A DNA stretch of 64,000 nucleotides from the NCBI RefSeq assembly GCF_006345805.1, contig NC_043003.1:74214001-74278000 (forward strand), written 5' to 3'. The DNA comes from Octopus sinensis. Lineage: Eukaryota. A program made the position numbers and the translations under genes. The stretch's first letter is position 1, and each line of letters begins with the position of its first letter. The notes under the pieces were generated by a model. It searched no databases. It was not told the DNA's origin and worked only from the letters and a program-made list of their open reading frames with translations. This document shows, in pieces, positions 28,832 to 43,566 of the stretch.

Positions 28832-29387
28832 GAGTGAGAGAGCAGTTCATGCCATCAAAGTGACACCGGGGTAAAATATACGAAGCCCAATATACCCATC
28901 ATGACTACCCGTCTGATAAGGGCACACCAGGCACATGCATCACAACCATATGTGCGCGACATGGTGATCTCAAATCAATATAAACTGCACATGACCTTGC
29001 AGGTGGGGCCCAGTTAGAATTTTCTTCAGGTTGAGTAGCCCATCCCGCTCAAACGGTCCCTGAATAAGGGTTGTTTAGGGATGTTGAAAAAACCACCCAT
29101 GTCTCCATAGGTGAACTATTCAAACCCCAAAGAATCCCACTCAACACATGGCTATGATACTCCCCCACTACTTCTGCTCGTGATCAGAGATGCACATATC
29201 GTCAGCCACTAAGGGACATGCTCAACTGGTTACGGTCAAACAACTGACAAGCAAATCTGTGGTATTGAGCAGAATATTTGCTGTAGCCCATCTTTTATAC
29301 CAAGACAGAACAATGTACATGATAACACTTCCAATCAGTTAAGATCAGAAGCCATGAGAGCCACTGCCTGGTACTGCATCAGGGCAC
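28832..29387 (-). mobile_element. 556-bp non-coding TAA-associated element, tandem copy 1
   Basis: Flanked by (TTA)n and apparently identical to 29498-30053. Strand inferred from the fixed left end and variable right end. Confidence 0.92.
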
Positions 29388-29497
<110 letters not shown>

Positions 29498-30053
29498 GAG
29501 TGAGAGAGCAGTTCATGCCATCAAAGTGACACCGGGGTAAAATATACGAAGCCCAATATACCCATCATGACTACCCGTCTGATAAGGGCACACCAGGCAC
29601 ATGCATCACAACCATATGTGCGCGACATGGTGATCTCAAATCAATATAAACTGCACATGACCTTGCAGGTGGGGCCCAGTTAGAATTTTCTTCAGGTTGA
29701 GTAGCCCATCCCGCTCAAACGGTCCCTGAATAAGGGTTGTTTAGGGATGTTGAAAAAACCACCCATGTCTCCATAGGTGAACTATTCAAACCCCAAAGAA
29801 TCCCACTCAACACATGGCTATGATACTCCCCCACTACTTCTGCTCGTGATCAGAGATGCACATATCGTCAGCCACTAAGGGACATGCTCAACTGGTTACG
29901 GTCAAACAACTGACAAGCAAATCTGTGGTATTGAGCAGAATATTTGCTGTAGCCCATCTTTTATACCAAGACAGAACAATGTACATGATAACACTTCCAA
30001 TCAGTTAAGATCAGAAGCCATGAGAGCCACTGCCTGGTACTGCATCAGGGCAC
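29498..30053 (-). mobile_element. 556-bp non-coding TAA-associated element, tandem copy 2
   Basis: Direct repeat of 28832-29387, separated by 110 bp of pure (TTA)n. Confidence 0.92.
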
Positions 30054-30655
<602 letters not shown>

Positions 30656-31662
30656 ATTGTAACACGTTTATTATCAATGTTAAGATGGGATGTCATTAAA
30701 TTCTATGGAGCAGTATTCTTTTTGTTAAGATATTAACATGCAATCAATCTTGAGTATTATTATTTTGCTGTAGTACGTATGAGAATATATAATTATATTT
30801 GCACAGATTCAGAGTTTCACTGAAATATCATACTTTTTTATTCAATATATGCTTCATGATTTAATTATGTTACATTTCTCATCAACATTAACTGTTTGCC
30901 AATATGAGGCATCCGTGTTCATCGTATATTTCATATGATGATTACTATGGCTCTGCGATATTTTCATGAAATTGATTATATTCATATAATTATGCAATAA
31001 TTACTTGTAATTTTCCACACCTTTCACATTTATCTATAAATGGAGTGCATTTGAGAATGTGATCCAAATATACATACAAAATAATGTCGAAGAAGCTTCT
31101 GGTTATCATATCACATGCGTAGCTTTCAGCAAATTCAATTAACAGAGCAATAAAAAGTAGAAAAATATTTCTGATATTAGCACAAACAGCATGCTGTAGA
31201 TAAGATTGAGTAGACCTAAAATTGTCCATGTTTTCATGCATACAGGAAGATTAATATTCCAAACCATGGAAGTAAAAATAAACTTAGACAAATAGGAAAA
31301 AATCGAGGATAAATCAAGTCTAACGTGATTGTACTCAAGTATTTAAGTGGGATCACGCGTAACGACAGCAAGATATCTAGTGCAATTGATGGCTGAATAT
31401 CAATGTAGTTTGTAGTCACATTGTTAAAACCATGGCGAGATAATCATTAGTACGCTTCTTGCTTATAGCAGGCATGTCTAGGAGAAATCTAAAACAGTAT
31501 ATTAGAAGCATACCAACATTGACACAAACAACATTCACACATATGCTCGAAAGCATCAATTGTAAAAAGAATTTAGTAGTAGGTCCAATGTTTAACATTT
31601 TAAGTAGTATAACATTTCCAAATTTGTAGCAAATAAACACTTAATGATTTCCTCTGTATGCT

Positions 31663-31707
<45 letters not shown>

Positions 31708-31712
31708 ATATA

Positions 31713-32080
31713 GACGTAACTGTGGTAAGAAGATTCCTTCCCATCCACATGGTTTCTGGGTCAGTCCCACTATGATGTACCTTGGGCAAGTGTTTTCTAC
31801 TACAGCCTCAGGACAAGTACAATCTTGTGAGTGGATGTGGTTGACGGAAATTGAAACGACCCCGTCGTGTATACACATGTGTCTCTTTTTGTCCCCTCAT
31901 TACTGCATGACAATCGTTGTTGGTCTGCTCCCGTTCTCCTAGCTTAGCGTTTTGGCAAAAGAGACTGATAGAATAAGTACTACAGTTAAAGAAACATCAT
32001 GGGGCCAAATTGTTCCACTAAAAGCTCTTCAAGATGGTGCCAAGTATGGTCGCAGTCAACTAAAACAAGAAAAACATAAA
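31713..32080 (+). mobile_element. SINE family A, diverged
   Basis: tgtggtaag..cagtcccac..accttgggcaagtg..ttgtgagtggat..ggcaaaagagac..gaataagtact. Confidence 0.85.
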
Positions 32081-32679
32081 ATATATATATGTATATTCAT
32101 ATAGGAAATAGAAGCAGAGCTAGTATTAAAAGCATTATATACCACATACACTTAACACACGAAACCCCGGTATTTGCCAGTATGCTGCGACATGGTGTGG
32201 TGGAGAATATTCTCTCAAAACGCCGAGTGCTACAACTCCTGAAAGTCATGGACAGGCGAGATAACCCACTGCAAATCTCATCGAGGAATGTTCGACGTCA
32301 ATGCTCCGCTACTTTTGAGGCTTGTCGACACCACGTAACCGATCTAAGATGAATCATATCGCCAGTCTATGACTTATATGCATATAGTGTAAACAGTATG
32401 TACCGATGTGCCAGAAAAATGCATACGTAAAAATAAATTCAAATATGAAATAATATCGGACTATTGTAATAAACATTATCAAGCACATATGCTAAGCGCA
32501 CTTGTCGTTTATATGTACCTGTAAGCTGCATAATAGCACAGTGGAGCTTACTCTCGCACCAATGATATCGTCTTTCTTGGGCCGAGCCGTTAGGTTATAG
32601 ATAATCAAAGAGACTAAAACTGGCTGGCAAGCGTTGCAAAATGGGACAAATGCATACACATAGACAAACACATATACTA

Positions 32680-32800
32680 CGCGCTTCTTTCAGTTTCCGT
32701 CCAACAAATCCATACAGAACTCTGAGCGTTTTGCAGACTATACTAGCAGACACTTGGCCTCAATATGCCTCAAATCGGGACTGAACCAGAGCTATGTGCT
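32680..32800 (-). mobile_element. SINE family A, head fragment
   Basis: cttctttcagtttccgtc...gggactgaacc. Confidence 0.7.
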
Positions 32801-33826
32801 CGAGGAGCTTCATGCATGCATGTATTCATTGATGGAGAGGTTACACAAAACCTGATCATTGATTAGTTGATAGACGTAACACGTGAGACAGAAACATGAG
32901 AATAATTTGAGGGAAATACTGCCAGTAACTGAGTGGTGGTATAAAAGTCAAATTTTAAAAACGCTATTTATTTACCTGTGTTATTATAGGCATGATCACG
33001 AACACTAAGCTTTGGTAATTGCTTCTTCAAAAGTAATGTACGCAAACCATTGAACTTAACGTCGGCTGCCTAAGAGACGCCTGTGGTTTGCTAATCCCAA
33101 GAGATTTTAAGCAAGATGTGTTTATTTTTTGCTTTAAATGTTAATGTGGTTGTAAATAGAGATGACAGAGCAACAATTGCACAGCGGTAAAAGGATAAGC
33201 AAGGAAGTGCGAGTGTTATAATAAGAGAGACGAGATACATAAAGAGAATATGAAAACCTAAATATAAAAATGGTTTGGTATAAATAATGATAAAAAACAC
33301 AGAAGTACGCGCGGGCGCACACACATACACTTGTATATATATACGCATATAATACAGAGAGACAGATGGGAAGAAGGAATGTAGGGGATGGAATGAGATA
33401 ATTTTTTTTTTAAATATGAGAAAGAAATTGAATTTGTTTTTTCATCGTAACCAAAATATATCTGAAAATGAAATTTAGAGCTCTTCAAAGACAAACATTA
33501 TTAGATCAGCTAGAGCTATTCCCAGTAAAATAAAATACATCACCATTGAACATTGCCACGCATCATTGCTTCCTTAACAGTGTTTGCATAACCCTTTCCA
33601 CCTCTGGCCCTCACGATCAATAGAATATACTGTAAAATACCGGCAAGGAGAGAAAGAGAGAAAGGGGAAAAAAGGATTGTGTAAATAATGTATTCCCATT
33701 TATTTCAACAAATACGTATTTGAAAGTAAACAAAATTCGGATATGATGATCGTGATCATCATGATTATGATGATGATAAAGATGATGATGACGACGACGA
33801 CAATAATAATAATGATGATAATGATG

Positions 33827-33887
<61 letters not shown>

Positions 33888-34023
33888 TATAATAAATACA
33901 TCAATAATAATAATAATGGAAATAATAATAATAATAATAATAATATGATGATGATGATGACGACGATGAGACCATATTGATGATTTCGTTACTGCCATTA
34001 TTATTATCAATATTTTTGTCGTG

Positions 34024-34092
<69 letters not shown>

Positions 34093-36017
34093 CAAACGCA
34101 AGTGATGACGAAAATAATAATAATAATAATACAAATACTAAATGATACACCAATATAAAAAAAGGAATTATTTTCGGCTCAAGTGATTTTTATTGATATT
34201 AATTTTAAAAAGTAATTTTCGGGGCAATTATATCACTAACACCGCCATCACCACTACTACCGACATCACCATCAGCCCCATCATCATCATCTATTTGATG
34301 TTTGCAGCACTATAAATATTGTGGACGTTTACAGTATCATCATCGCCATCATCGTCACAAGGATCAGCGCCATTAATATTTTGATGATGATGATGATGAT
34401 TATTATCATCATCATCATCATCAACTGTCATTGTAGCTGTCATATTTTGTGAGCATCACCATTACAAGAAAGATGATTAAAGTAGAGACTGTGATGATTA
34501 TTTTCATTATCAACAGCGTATTCAGAATCATCCGCAACCTTCCTCTCCTCTGCAGAAGCATCACCATCATACACATCACTCATATAATTATTATTATTAG
34601 CACCACCATCCCCATCCTAATCACCACCATTATCATCGTCATCATCATCCTCATCGTAAGGTATTTTTGTTTGTTGTTGTTGAAACATTAAACGTAAAGA
34701 AAAACGTTTTACATCCACTCAATCAATTTCAAAGTTAAAATTTCTCTTTGATCTGATGGACAGTTTCCATTTAACAGAGTGAACATTTTAAACGATCAAT
34801 GTTAATTGACAGTGATTGATCTCAAGCAATTTACCAAAGGAGGAGAAATCTAACAACAACTACAACTCCAGGAACAAACGCAATTAAAGTACGATAAAGT
34901 GAATTTTCGTTTGATATATAGTATTAAATCATACGATACTGATAAAACATATCTTCGAATATATGTAAAAAATAAATATAATTTTTTGAGTCTTATGTAG
35001 TCTAGTGCTCACAATTTTGTCTCTAAAGTGTCGCCTGACCTGTTTAAAATAGTTGCTACATATTCCTCAACTACACTCGGCTATTTCATGTTCATGGAGA
35101 ACTACATCTGAAAAATAAAAAAAAGTGTGCTGTGATCACTATTAAAAAAACATAGTATATCATTCCTCTGTCTAATCATCTCCATCCTTTGGTAAAATAA
35201 GCTTTATAAGAACAACAACAACATACATAGCCTTAGACTGAATTTCATTTCATGTCGAGGAGATGAAAATGAATTCCTCTACGACCTGGGATTATATAAA
35301 TACTACGGTATTCTCTTAAACTAGCTAATTACTCATTACTCAATATTTTCTCATTAAAGTGAACATATACCGATCCCTTCCCTATATAAAAAAACGTCTA
35401 TCCTTATGAAATGCCACTTATCGGCATAAAATCAACTCACATCTCAAAAGAGCATTTTCCTATTACCAACAAAAATTCCCCGTTACAATGCATAATTTAC
35501 TACTATAAATAATTACTAATTAAAGGCAGGATTTAACCTATTTGTAAACATTTAACCATTAAACCAACAGTTATAAAATCTACATTTTCCGATGACAAGT
35601 AATTCATTAGTTCTTTCAGCACCCCTGAAAAGAAATATATTGTGGTTATATTACTTTTTTGGTGCAGGCAGAGATCAATCAAATGATGAAGAGAGAATAA
35701 TTTTTTAGTTTGCACATAAGCTACGTAAAATCAAATACAAGATTTCCTAGAATCCATAATTCTAATTTTTTTCTTACTTCTGTATACATTTGTCATCCAA
35801 AATCTAATGGTTCTCTTTCCATTCATTCCTGAATGACTAGGTATGACTGAGCTAAAATGTCAACTACATTTTACGTATTATATTCATATTGGAATGCATT
35901 GTCATAATCTTATTGCTTCAAGTGAGGATCGACCTCTGAATTAGAAAAGTTGCTTGACATTTCTCATTAATACTAAATCAATACCATGAATACTAAATTT
36001 CATGTTTTATTAACCTA

Positions 36018-36401
36018 CTAGCAGTATCGCCCGGCGTTGCTCAGGTTTGTAAGGGAAATAATTATAAAGCATTTTTAGAGAGTTATAGCCAAAAAATAGC
36101 AAAAAAATGGAAAAAAAATGATGGTAAATTTTTTTTGAGAGTTAAAAAAGGTGGAGTTGCGTCCCCTAGACGGTCTGTGGTTTGGGTTTCTGATTCTCGA
36201 CCCCATGTCGAATTTATCGATCTTTTTCAGAACTGGGGGAACTTTTCAAAATTTTCGCTGCGTTAGTTTTGAATTATGACATTGGGCTATGTGTGTGTCA
36301 AGTTTCATCAGAATCGGTTGAAAGCCGTGGTCAGGGTGAGGGTACGAGAAAACAGACACACAGAAAACGCACAGACAAACTGCCGTTTATATAGAGAGAG
36401 A
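36018..36401 (-). mobile_element. Non-autonomous Helitron (384 bp)
   Basis: Minus strand begins TC(TCTCTCTATATAAA), ends with the GC-rich hairpin cctgagcaacgccggg followed by CTAG, and sits between A and T with no target-site duplication. Confidence 0.88.
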
Positions 36402-36599
36402 TTACCATACTGGTAGTTCAATACACATTACACTATCTGTCGAGATAGAAAAATAATTACATACATACAAAAAGATATATATGGCTCTTCACATCTTGAT
36501 AGACAATGTCTTAATTAGATACACGTAGTCTTCTTCCTGCAGCTCCTCTTATGGCTGATCTTTACTATTTTTGATGGGCAAGTAATACTACAAAATAGC

Positions 36600-37990
36600 A
36601 GGAACAGAAATTCCTGCAGGGCTACGATCTATTGTCTTACTTTCTTTGACGTTTTTGCCTTTGAGGACCAAGAAGTTTTCTTCCTTAAAGTTTCTTCACC
36701 GACGTTTTCCATGCTGTTCTGTCTTCAGTTGACTTTTTACCAAATCTTTGCATCGATGTAGCATTTGGTCAGGTTACCCTTACATGTGTCCTTGAAGCTC
36801 AGCTTTGGTCGTCCTCCGGCTCTGCTACCCTGATCCAACTCACCGTATATTTTGCAGTCATCCATCCTCTTCACATTTTCTAGCAATCTTAGTTTCCTTT
36901 CGCACAGAATAGTTGCTTGTTTCAATATTTATTTATAGGCTATTTTGTCTTGCCGTATGATGCCAAGGATCTTGAGCAGGCATCCCTGATGAAAGACATT
37001 CAGCATCTTCTCTTCTCCTCTGTATAATGTGTATAGTGTTCAGGTATATGTTTCATGGAGGAGAGCGTTCAGGATTAATGCTTCATAAATCCCCATTTTA
37101 GTTATTATTTTTAGCATCATATTATTCCATGATCTCTTGTTGAGTCTACCAAAGGTTGTATAGCTTTTCCCATACTAACATATATTTCGTCGTCTAAGGG
37201 TTCTGTGGAAGTTATTATGTTCCGAGAAAACAGAATTTCATTACAACCTTATAATGCTTGTTGTCCAGTATGATTTTTGCCTGTAATTTTATTATCTTGT
37301 GTCACTGACGGTCTTCTTGACGCTAATTACAAGAGAAAATGTTTTGCAAGCTTCTAAGTGTTGTTTCATGATTGTCTGTAGACGCGAATCATTTTGAAGA
37401 AGCAATTCTCCATCATTAACAAAGAGGAGGTCTCTGATGGAAGTTGTCTTCGTCTTGGTTTTTACGCTGCGGCATGCAAGATTAAAAACGTAGACATAAT
37501 TTTTCCAATGAAGACATATATCTCAGGAGATTCTCTGGAGGCGCCCTGCAAGAGCCCAACAAAGGAAATGCCGAAAATGGTTGGTGCTGGAACACAAACC
37601 TTTTTTTGACTCCAATAATGATCTCAAAGCTGGACTGTGATTTTCCTACCTTTAAGGAAATACATGATTGAAGAAGAGCTGATGGCTATCCAGTCTTCTG
37701 ATGAAGCATGTACAATCCTAGTCTACTGGCTTTATCAAAAGTTTTAGTTAAACCTACAGATGTCACACGTAGGGGTTGGCATTGTTCGTAACAATGTTCT
37801 TGCTGCTGACAAAGAGAAAATACCATTGTTGAGCGTCCTAATCTGAAACTGCACTGATATTTTGAAACAAATCAGTCTGTTAATTTCTGCAGGCGCTTCA
37901 ACAGTATTCGGGCAAATGCTTTTCCTGTAATACTCGGCAATGAAATTCATCTGCATTTGTTGCAATATCCCTTTTTCTTATACATAAAGT
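36600..37990 (-). mobile_element. RTE-clade LINE remnant
   Basis: IYGELDQGSRAGGRPKLSFKD (36737-36925) and GVKKG-CVPAPTIFGI at ~37565-37613 (RTE GVKQGCVLAPTLF); many stops. Confidence 0.85.
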
Positions 37991-38699
37991 TGCGTTCATA
38001 TGCTTAATGAGAAGATGATAGCGTTAATATTTGTATAGTATTGTGTTCGATTCTTAGAGCAGGTGGGCATTGAACTTTACAGTAAGGTACTTCATTTCTA
38101 CAAAATAAACACATGTCTCGTGAAGTGCTAGTCCATCTAGCTTTGCAAACGACGTTTTTATGTTCTATGAATAACGCGTGGGAGAACCTGACGGGCATGT
38201 TTGTACTCTAAATGACGTACGCACTTAAAAACAAATAAATTAGATATGTCACCAAGTATCTTGTTTGATTACTAGCAACGGTGATTCATTGCATTGCTGG
38301 TCATCATTTTCGGTTATGGGACCATGTTTAATTATTCAGCCGACATAGATATTTCACACACAAGAACTTAAATATATGCATTCAGTTAGAGAGTGAGACA
38401 GAGAAAGAGAGAAGGTGAAAGAGAGAGATAGTGTCTGAAAGAAAATAGTGAGAGAAATAATGAGCAAGAGAGGGAGAAACAGAAAATTCTCTTGAATTAA
38501 TTATCAACGGGAATTGCCATTAAATAGAAATAAAGAAGTGAGAGGGAGACCAACAGAGCCAAAAAATATATCTCCATAAATCATTCACTAAGATATTTAA
38601 ATGTAAATTAATGACAACGGTAATGAAATGAAAATTGAAATAATTAAAATGTAATGCATAGAAACACAGAATATAAGGAATATTGTAAAAGATTTCGGA

Positions 38700-39410
38700 A
38701 ATGTAGCTCATTACCGAAGCTTTAGACTTCGAGCTATTTTTGAAGGGAAAACGTTTTCATTTTAATTCTACATGAATCATTTTCGTATTTAGATAACATC
38801 GATAAAGGAGAGAAATTTTATTCTGAACGCCAGCTAATCTGTTTGTTCTTCAGACTTACTGTAGTTATATGAGTGTGCTAAGCTAATTGATGTCTGAAAT
38901 AGACTGCCATTAGATATAATGTATATCGGGTCATATTATTCGGTATGTGTAATTATGTGTCTTGCAATTCATGATATTGGAACCAATGTCCAAATATTTG
39001 AAGTAGTCGTTGTTGTTGTTAAATAGTCCACATTTATCCTCTCCACTGTCATACCGTCATGAGGTGTTTATTAAGAATTTTTCATTGACGTATAGTGTTT
39101 CGTATAAGGTTTCCATCAAACAGATTCTTCATTTTCAGGTTTTGTATGAATATTCGTAAGTTCATTTTTATAGTGTTGAAACTATTGGTTACTCTTGGAT
39201 TGTGGGTACTGATAAATGGAATCGTATTTCTTCCATTCCTTTCTTTGGTGGTCTCACATGTATGATGTCTAGTTTCATCATTTATCAATTTCGAGGAGTA
39301 AATCCCTTTCTAGGATGCCGTTGAATTCATTTTTCGATCAACTACTATTGCACAGAGAATTCTTACGATACTATATGGAATAGTCCTTGTGATGTGTGAA
39401 GGATGGCGGG
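38700..39410 (-). mobile_element. Penelope-like element remnant (RT thumb/linker towards GIY-YIG)
   Basis: HPSHITRTIPYSIVRILC at ~39350-39405 (Penelope HP.H...IPYS..LR...IC), IPFISTHNP (39082-39288) and NCKTHN..Y near 38960. Confidence 0.75.
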
Positions 39411-39921
39411 AGTAGAAGTTCAAATACTGAAGCGTTTCTGTTCATTCGTAAAATATCACGAATTTGATAAATGCAAATTGGGACAAGAACGCAAAACATT
39501 CAGAAGACGATACAAAAAACACGGACGGGTCATTCGAAGCCTTCAATCTTCAGTCAAGAACCGGATCATCCTCGCAATTTCAGCTGATTAGGTTTGAGAT
39601 TGCTCCAACCTGGCCAGCCCCAAGGAAAAACTAAGCTGAGGGCATTAGATTCCTTGGAAAAAAATGCTTCGAATGTACACGAAACAAGGACGGAAAAACG
39701 GACGATGTTACACGAATATAGATACAAAAATAATACGAAAAAAACAATAATAATAATAATGATAATAATCTCTTTTAAAAGAGATTTTGAACTAGATATT
39801 TACATGCTTTTTTTCATAGCTATATGTTTTTCGTGTTCCGACCATCCTTTCTGGTTTTCTGTTTGTTTGTCTGTCTCTCTTCTTCTTTCCACATATATGT
39901 GTTTTGTGTGTGTGTGTGTGT

Positions 39922-39961
<40 letters not shown>

Positions 39962-41531
39962 TTGTGTGTTGGTGTGTGTGTATGTATACATTCAAACAGT
40001 ATTCTTTCTTTCATTTATTGTTAAAGAATATATGCACTGATTTCGAACGTTGTTGCGTCCACTTATTGTCGATGTAATCTAGTGAATCAATATGATTCTC
40101 TTCTACGGTGCCACTTACCGTAGGGCGTCTTCAATCTCTTTTCTTGAAGTATTAATCGCATCACTCATTTTGTTTTTAATGAAGCTCTGGTGTTAGTTGT
40201 AAACTTATTTTTCCACGTAGCATCGTGTAATAGATAAACATTTATAAATGCCATAAACGGAAGCACAGATATTTATTAACACACACCACACACACACACA
40301 CACTCACACACACGCATCCACACACACACACACACACACACACAAACATACGCGGGCACACACACACAGACACACGTTCACGTGCATATATAAGCACGCG
40401 CACCATGCATATAAATACACATATACACAGTCATAAATATATGTCCTGTGAATTTTTCGCACTGATCTGAAGATCCTTTTGTGTGGTGTCTATAGAGTAA
40501 GAACTTTTATAATTTTCTATTACTGCAGAGGACGATTCTGCTTTACTTAGTTACCACAACGAGAACAATATTGTCTTCATTCTTGCGTATCTGATATTGT
40601 TCAGTGTAGCATAACTCCAAATATCGTGTTATCATTGTTAATATAAATTCACTCCTGTTAAATAACTGACATCGTTATTCCTTAGTTTCTATTAAGCGAT
40701 AAAATAACTATTTTTCTTTATTTTTTTTTTGCCGTCCCATTTTACCGTATTGCAACTTGTAATCATTCTAAGTAATTTCTTAGTAAGTAGATAGGAAGTC
40801 ACAGGAGTATGTCTTTTTATCGAATATCAAATAGCATGAAATGACTAGCATTCAGAGACAAAGTAAACAACCTATATCCCAATGAATTGATTTAAATTGA
40901 GTTCATGGAGAATGCACTAAAATCCAAGTGCGCACAGCACGAATATTGCCTTAACTTATAAAGTGCAATCAGTACTTTATTGTCTTAACTTATAAAGAAT
41001 ACTCGCCCAGAGGGAACATAGCAAGCTTGACGTTCACTGCATCGAGTGCTGATAAATAAATTGGTATGTTTGAACATCTTTTTTGATTATTTACTTATTG
41101 ATTGATGACATGTAAAGTAAAACATGCCAAATGCAACCATCATATATCAAACGCGTTCTTTGTTTACGAGAAGAGGATATAAGTTTGCTTTATTCTCTGT
41201 AGTACTTCACGTAGACGATCTCTGCTTGACCTATATCAACCCGTTGTGTATTTTGACAAATTTTAACATATCAGTAACATATCTGTTAGAAACAAAGTCA
41301 TCTATGACCATATTTTATCATTCATCATTTAATTGTTTCTGTTATAAGTTTGTGGGCATACCGGAGAACAAACCTGAAGAATATTTGTCGAACGAATTCA
41401 TGCAGGAGTCGTTTTCCTTAAGTTTGGTAGTATTATGTCGGTCTCATTCGCCGAAACGTTACGTTACGTAGAAGCGAGCAGACCATCACAGGTTGTCAAG
41501 TGGTGGTGGGACACAGACACACACATTCACA

Positions 41532-41565
<34 letters not shown>

Positions 41566-41571
<6 letters not shown>

Positions 41572-41993
41572 CAAAATAAGCAACAAGAATAACTTTGGTA
41601 ATTTGGTACGATCGTTTCGCACTACATCATTTTATTAAAAGTTGTAAGCATTACAACAGTTTTAAAATGCTGAGCACTCATTTTTTTTTGTCCATTCTTC
41701 GCAGAACCTTCTAGTAGTTCAGAACAACTGAATATTAGTCAGTCAGTTGATAAACTCCACTACCTTAAATGTTCTTAAAATTTAAATCCACATCTTTGTC
41801 TATATATCTACCTTCTATGTAAGGTTATCACTTGATATGGATATTACGTATTAATGGAAAACCTCTATTAATGACTGATGAGTGCTCAGCATTTTAAAAT
41901 TGTTGTAGTGCTTACAACATTTAATAAAATGATGTAGTGCGAAACGATCGTACCAAATTACCAAAGTTATTCTTGTTGCTTATTTTGATTATA
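41566..41993. repeat. 116-bp inverted repeat starting at a TA tract
   Basis: 41566-41681 versus 41878-41993, with a few mismatches and a 196-bp spacer. Confidence 0.95.
41869..41960 (+). ncRNA. Type-I hammerhead motif with long stem II
   Basis: CUGAUGA 41875-41881; 59-nt stem II (GUGCU/AGUGC, CAUUUUA/UAAAAUG, UGUUGUA/UACAACA); GAAAC-GAUC-GUA 41941-41952; stem I imperfect. Confidence 0.78.
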
Positions 41994-42095
41994 ATCACCA
42001 CATGGATTTATATGGATAACACCATTCAAAATTCTGGTGCATCTAACTAAAGTACCATATTCATTTGAATCTAAATTTTGCTGAACTTATATGTG

Positions 42096-42134
<39 letters not shown>

Positions 42135-42390
42135 ATACGGCACTACGACATCAGCAACGAGTGAAAAATACGTAGGACAAAATACCCGAAGAATATAATT
42201 CGTTCGTCACTTGTTGACTATTTTATTTCTCCCTATTTCATTGAGAAAAAGGAGGCAGTCAGAGTTTTGGATAATCATTTAATAGCGCTTTCGTTTGTTT
42301 ACGAACCCGTCAAAGCACAGTCAATATCAAAATGGTCATATATATATATATACAAACACAAACACAAACACGCGCACACACACATTTAAA

Positions 42391-42545
42391 CGATGGGCTT
42401 CTTTCAGTTTTGTTGTACCAACTCATCTCAAGAGGTTTTCAGTGGCCCGAGACTTTACAGCAGCGGATGCATGTCCCACGTCCCACTTACTGCGACCGAA
42501 CAGGAACTATGTGATTGGTAAGAAACGTCTTACTACAGAGACACA
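42391..42545 (-). mobile_element. SINE family A, old head fragment
   Basis: cgatgggcttctttcagttt..ggcccga..gaactatgtgattggtaag. Confidence 0.65.
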
Positions 42546-43282
42546 CCAGCGCCTATATACGTCATGCGGAATAATTTTAAGGGAATTAATCACGAACAAA
42601 TTAGTCAATGGATATAGCGTGACACCTGATTTAGGACTGCTTTTGGTGCTAGTCATCGCAAGTCAGGCATCCACGCAGATACAAGCATGACGAAGTTATA
42701 CCGGTGATACTTGGGAGTTAGTTTGTGAGATTAAATGCTATGTTCCTTTTATTTTCTAACTTCCCATATTGAGATCAGTGATTTTAAACATTTATTTAAG
42801 CATGGCCACTAAACAAAGATCTCTGTAATTATACTGGTTCTATTTCGAACAGTGCATTTGACAGTCTGGTTTGCTAGTTACAAGATCAGAGACTGTATGA
42901 GACTGTAATTTATTTTTATATATCTTATATACGGGATAATACTAATGCCATGCCTGGCGAATGACTGCACACCACTGAAGTGATCCAATAATATCGAAAT
43001 CTGATGGTCTAGTATCTAGGGTAATAGGAGTTTTCCCCCAGTTTGTGATGAATATCGATTGCACGAGCGCAGTGAATAAAAAGTTTATTTTTTGTTTTGT
43101 TTCTCTGAACTTTTCTTTGGAGAAACGTTAAAAAAGCTACTCTTCTTTCCACCTTTCCAGAGCGTTAAACTAATATATTCCTTGTGTACGCCCTATTGTT
43201 GTTTTGTTATTACAATTTTTAATGTTCGATTATTTGCTCGAGTTTTAATGTTCGATTTGAATACACTCACACACATACATAC

Positions 43283-43334
<52 letters not shown>

Positions 43335-43483
43335 AATATAAGAGAGTGGTCACTATATGGCTCACTCTAGCACCAGTTAATCCAAAAGGTTTCAACCACG
43401 AAAATACATGTTTCCCATGAAAGTCAGTACGATTGTTAGCTCACACGGACAGGGCAAATAAAAAATAACAAAAATACAGATTA

Positions 43484-43566
43484 TTTTGGGACAATTGTTT
43501 CGCTATTAATGAATTAAATGTAATTTTACTTACAAAAAAAATCCATTTGTAGCTCGTCAGCCAAAA
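43484..43566 (-). ncRNA. Type-I hammerhead ribozyme (minus-strand copy)
   Basis: Exact reverse complement of 44563-44645. Confidence 0.9.

Noticed and set aside
29160-29210. CUGACGA on the minus strand of the 556-bp element as a hammerhead
   Set aside because: No GAAA box or stems I and III in register.
29330-29387. Resemblance to U2 snRNA (atcagttaagatc; cctggtactgca..cagg)
   Set aside because: Only two short patches match, with wrong spacing and no branch-recognition sequence or Sm site.
39520-39558. Minus-strand CUGAAGA..GAAU..GUC next to the Penelope remnant
   Set aside because: GAAA is altered and stem I does not pair; too weak to call.
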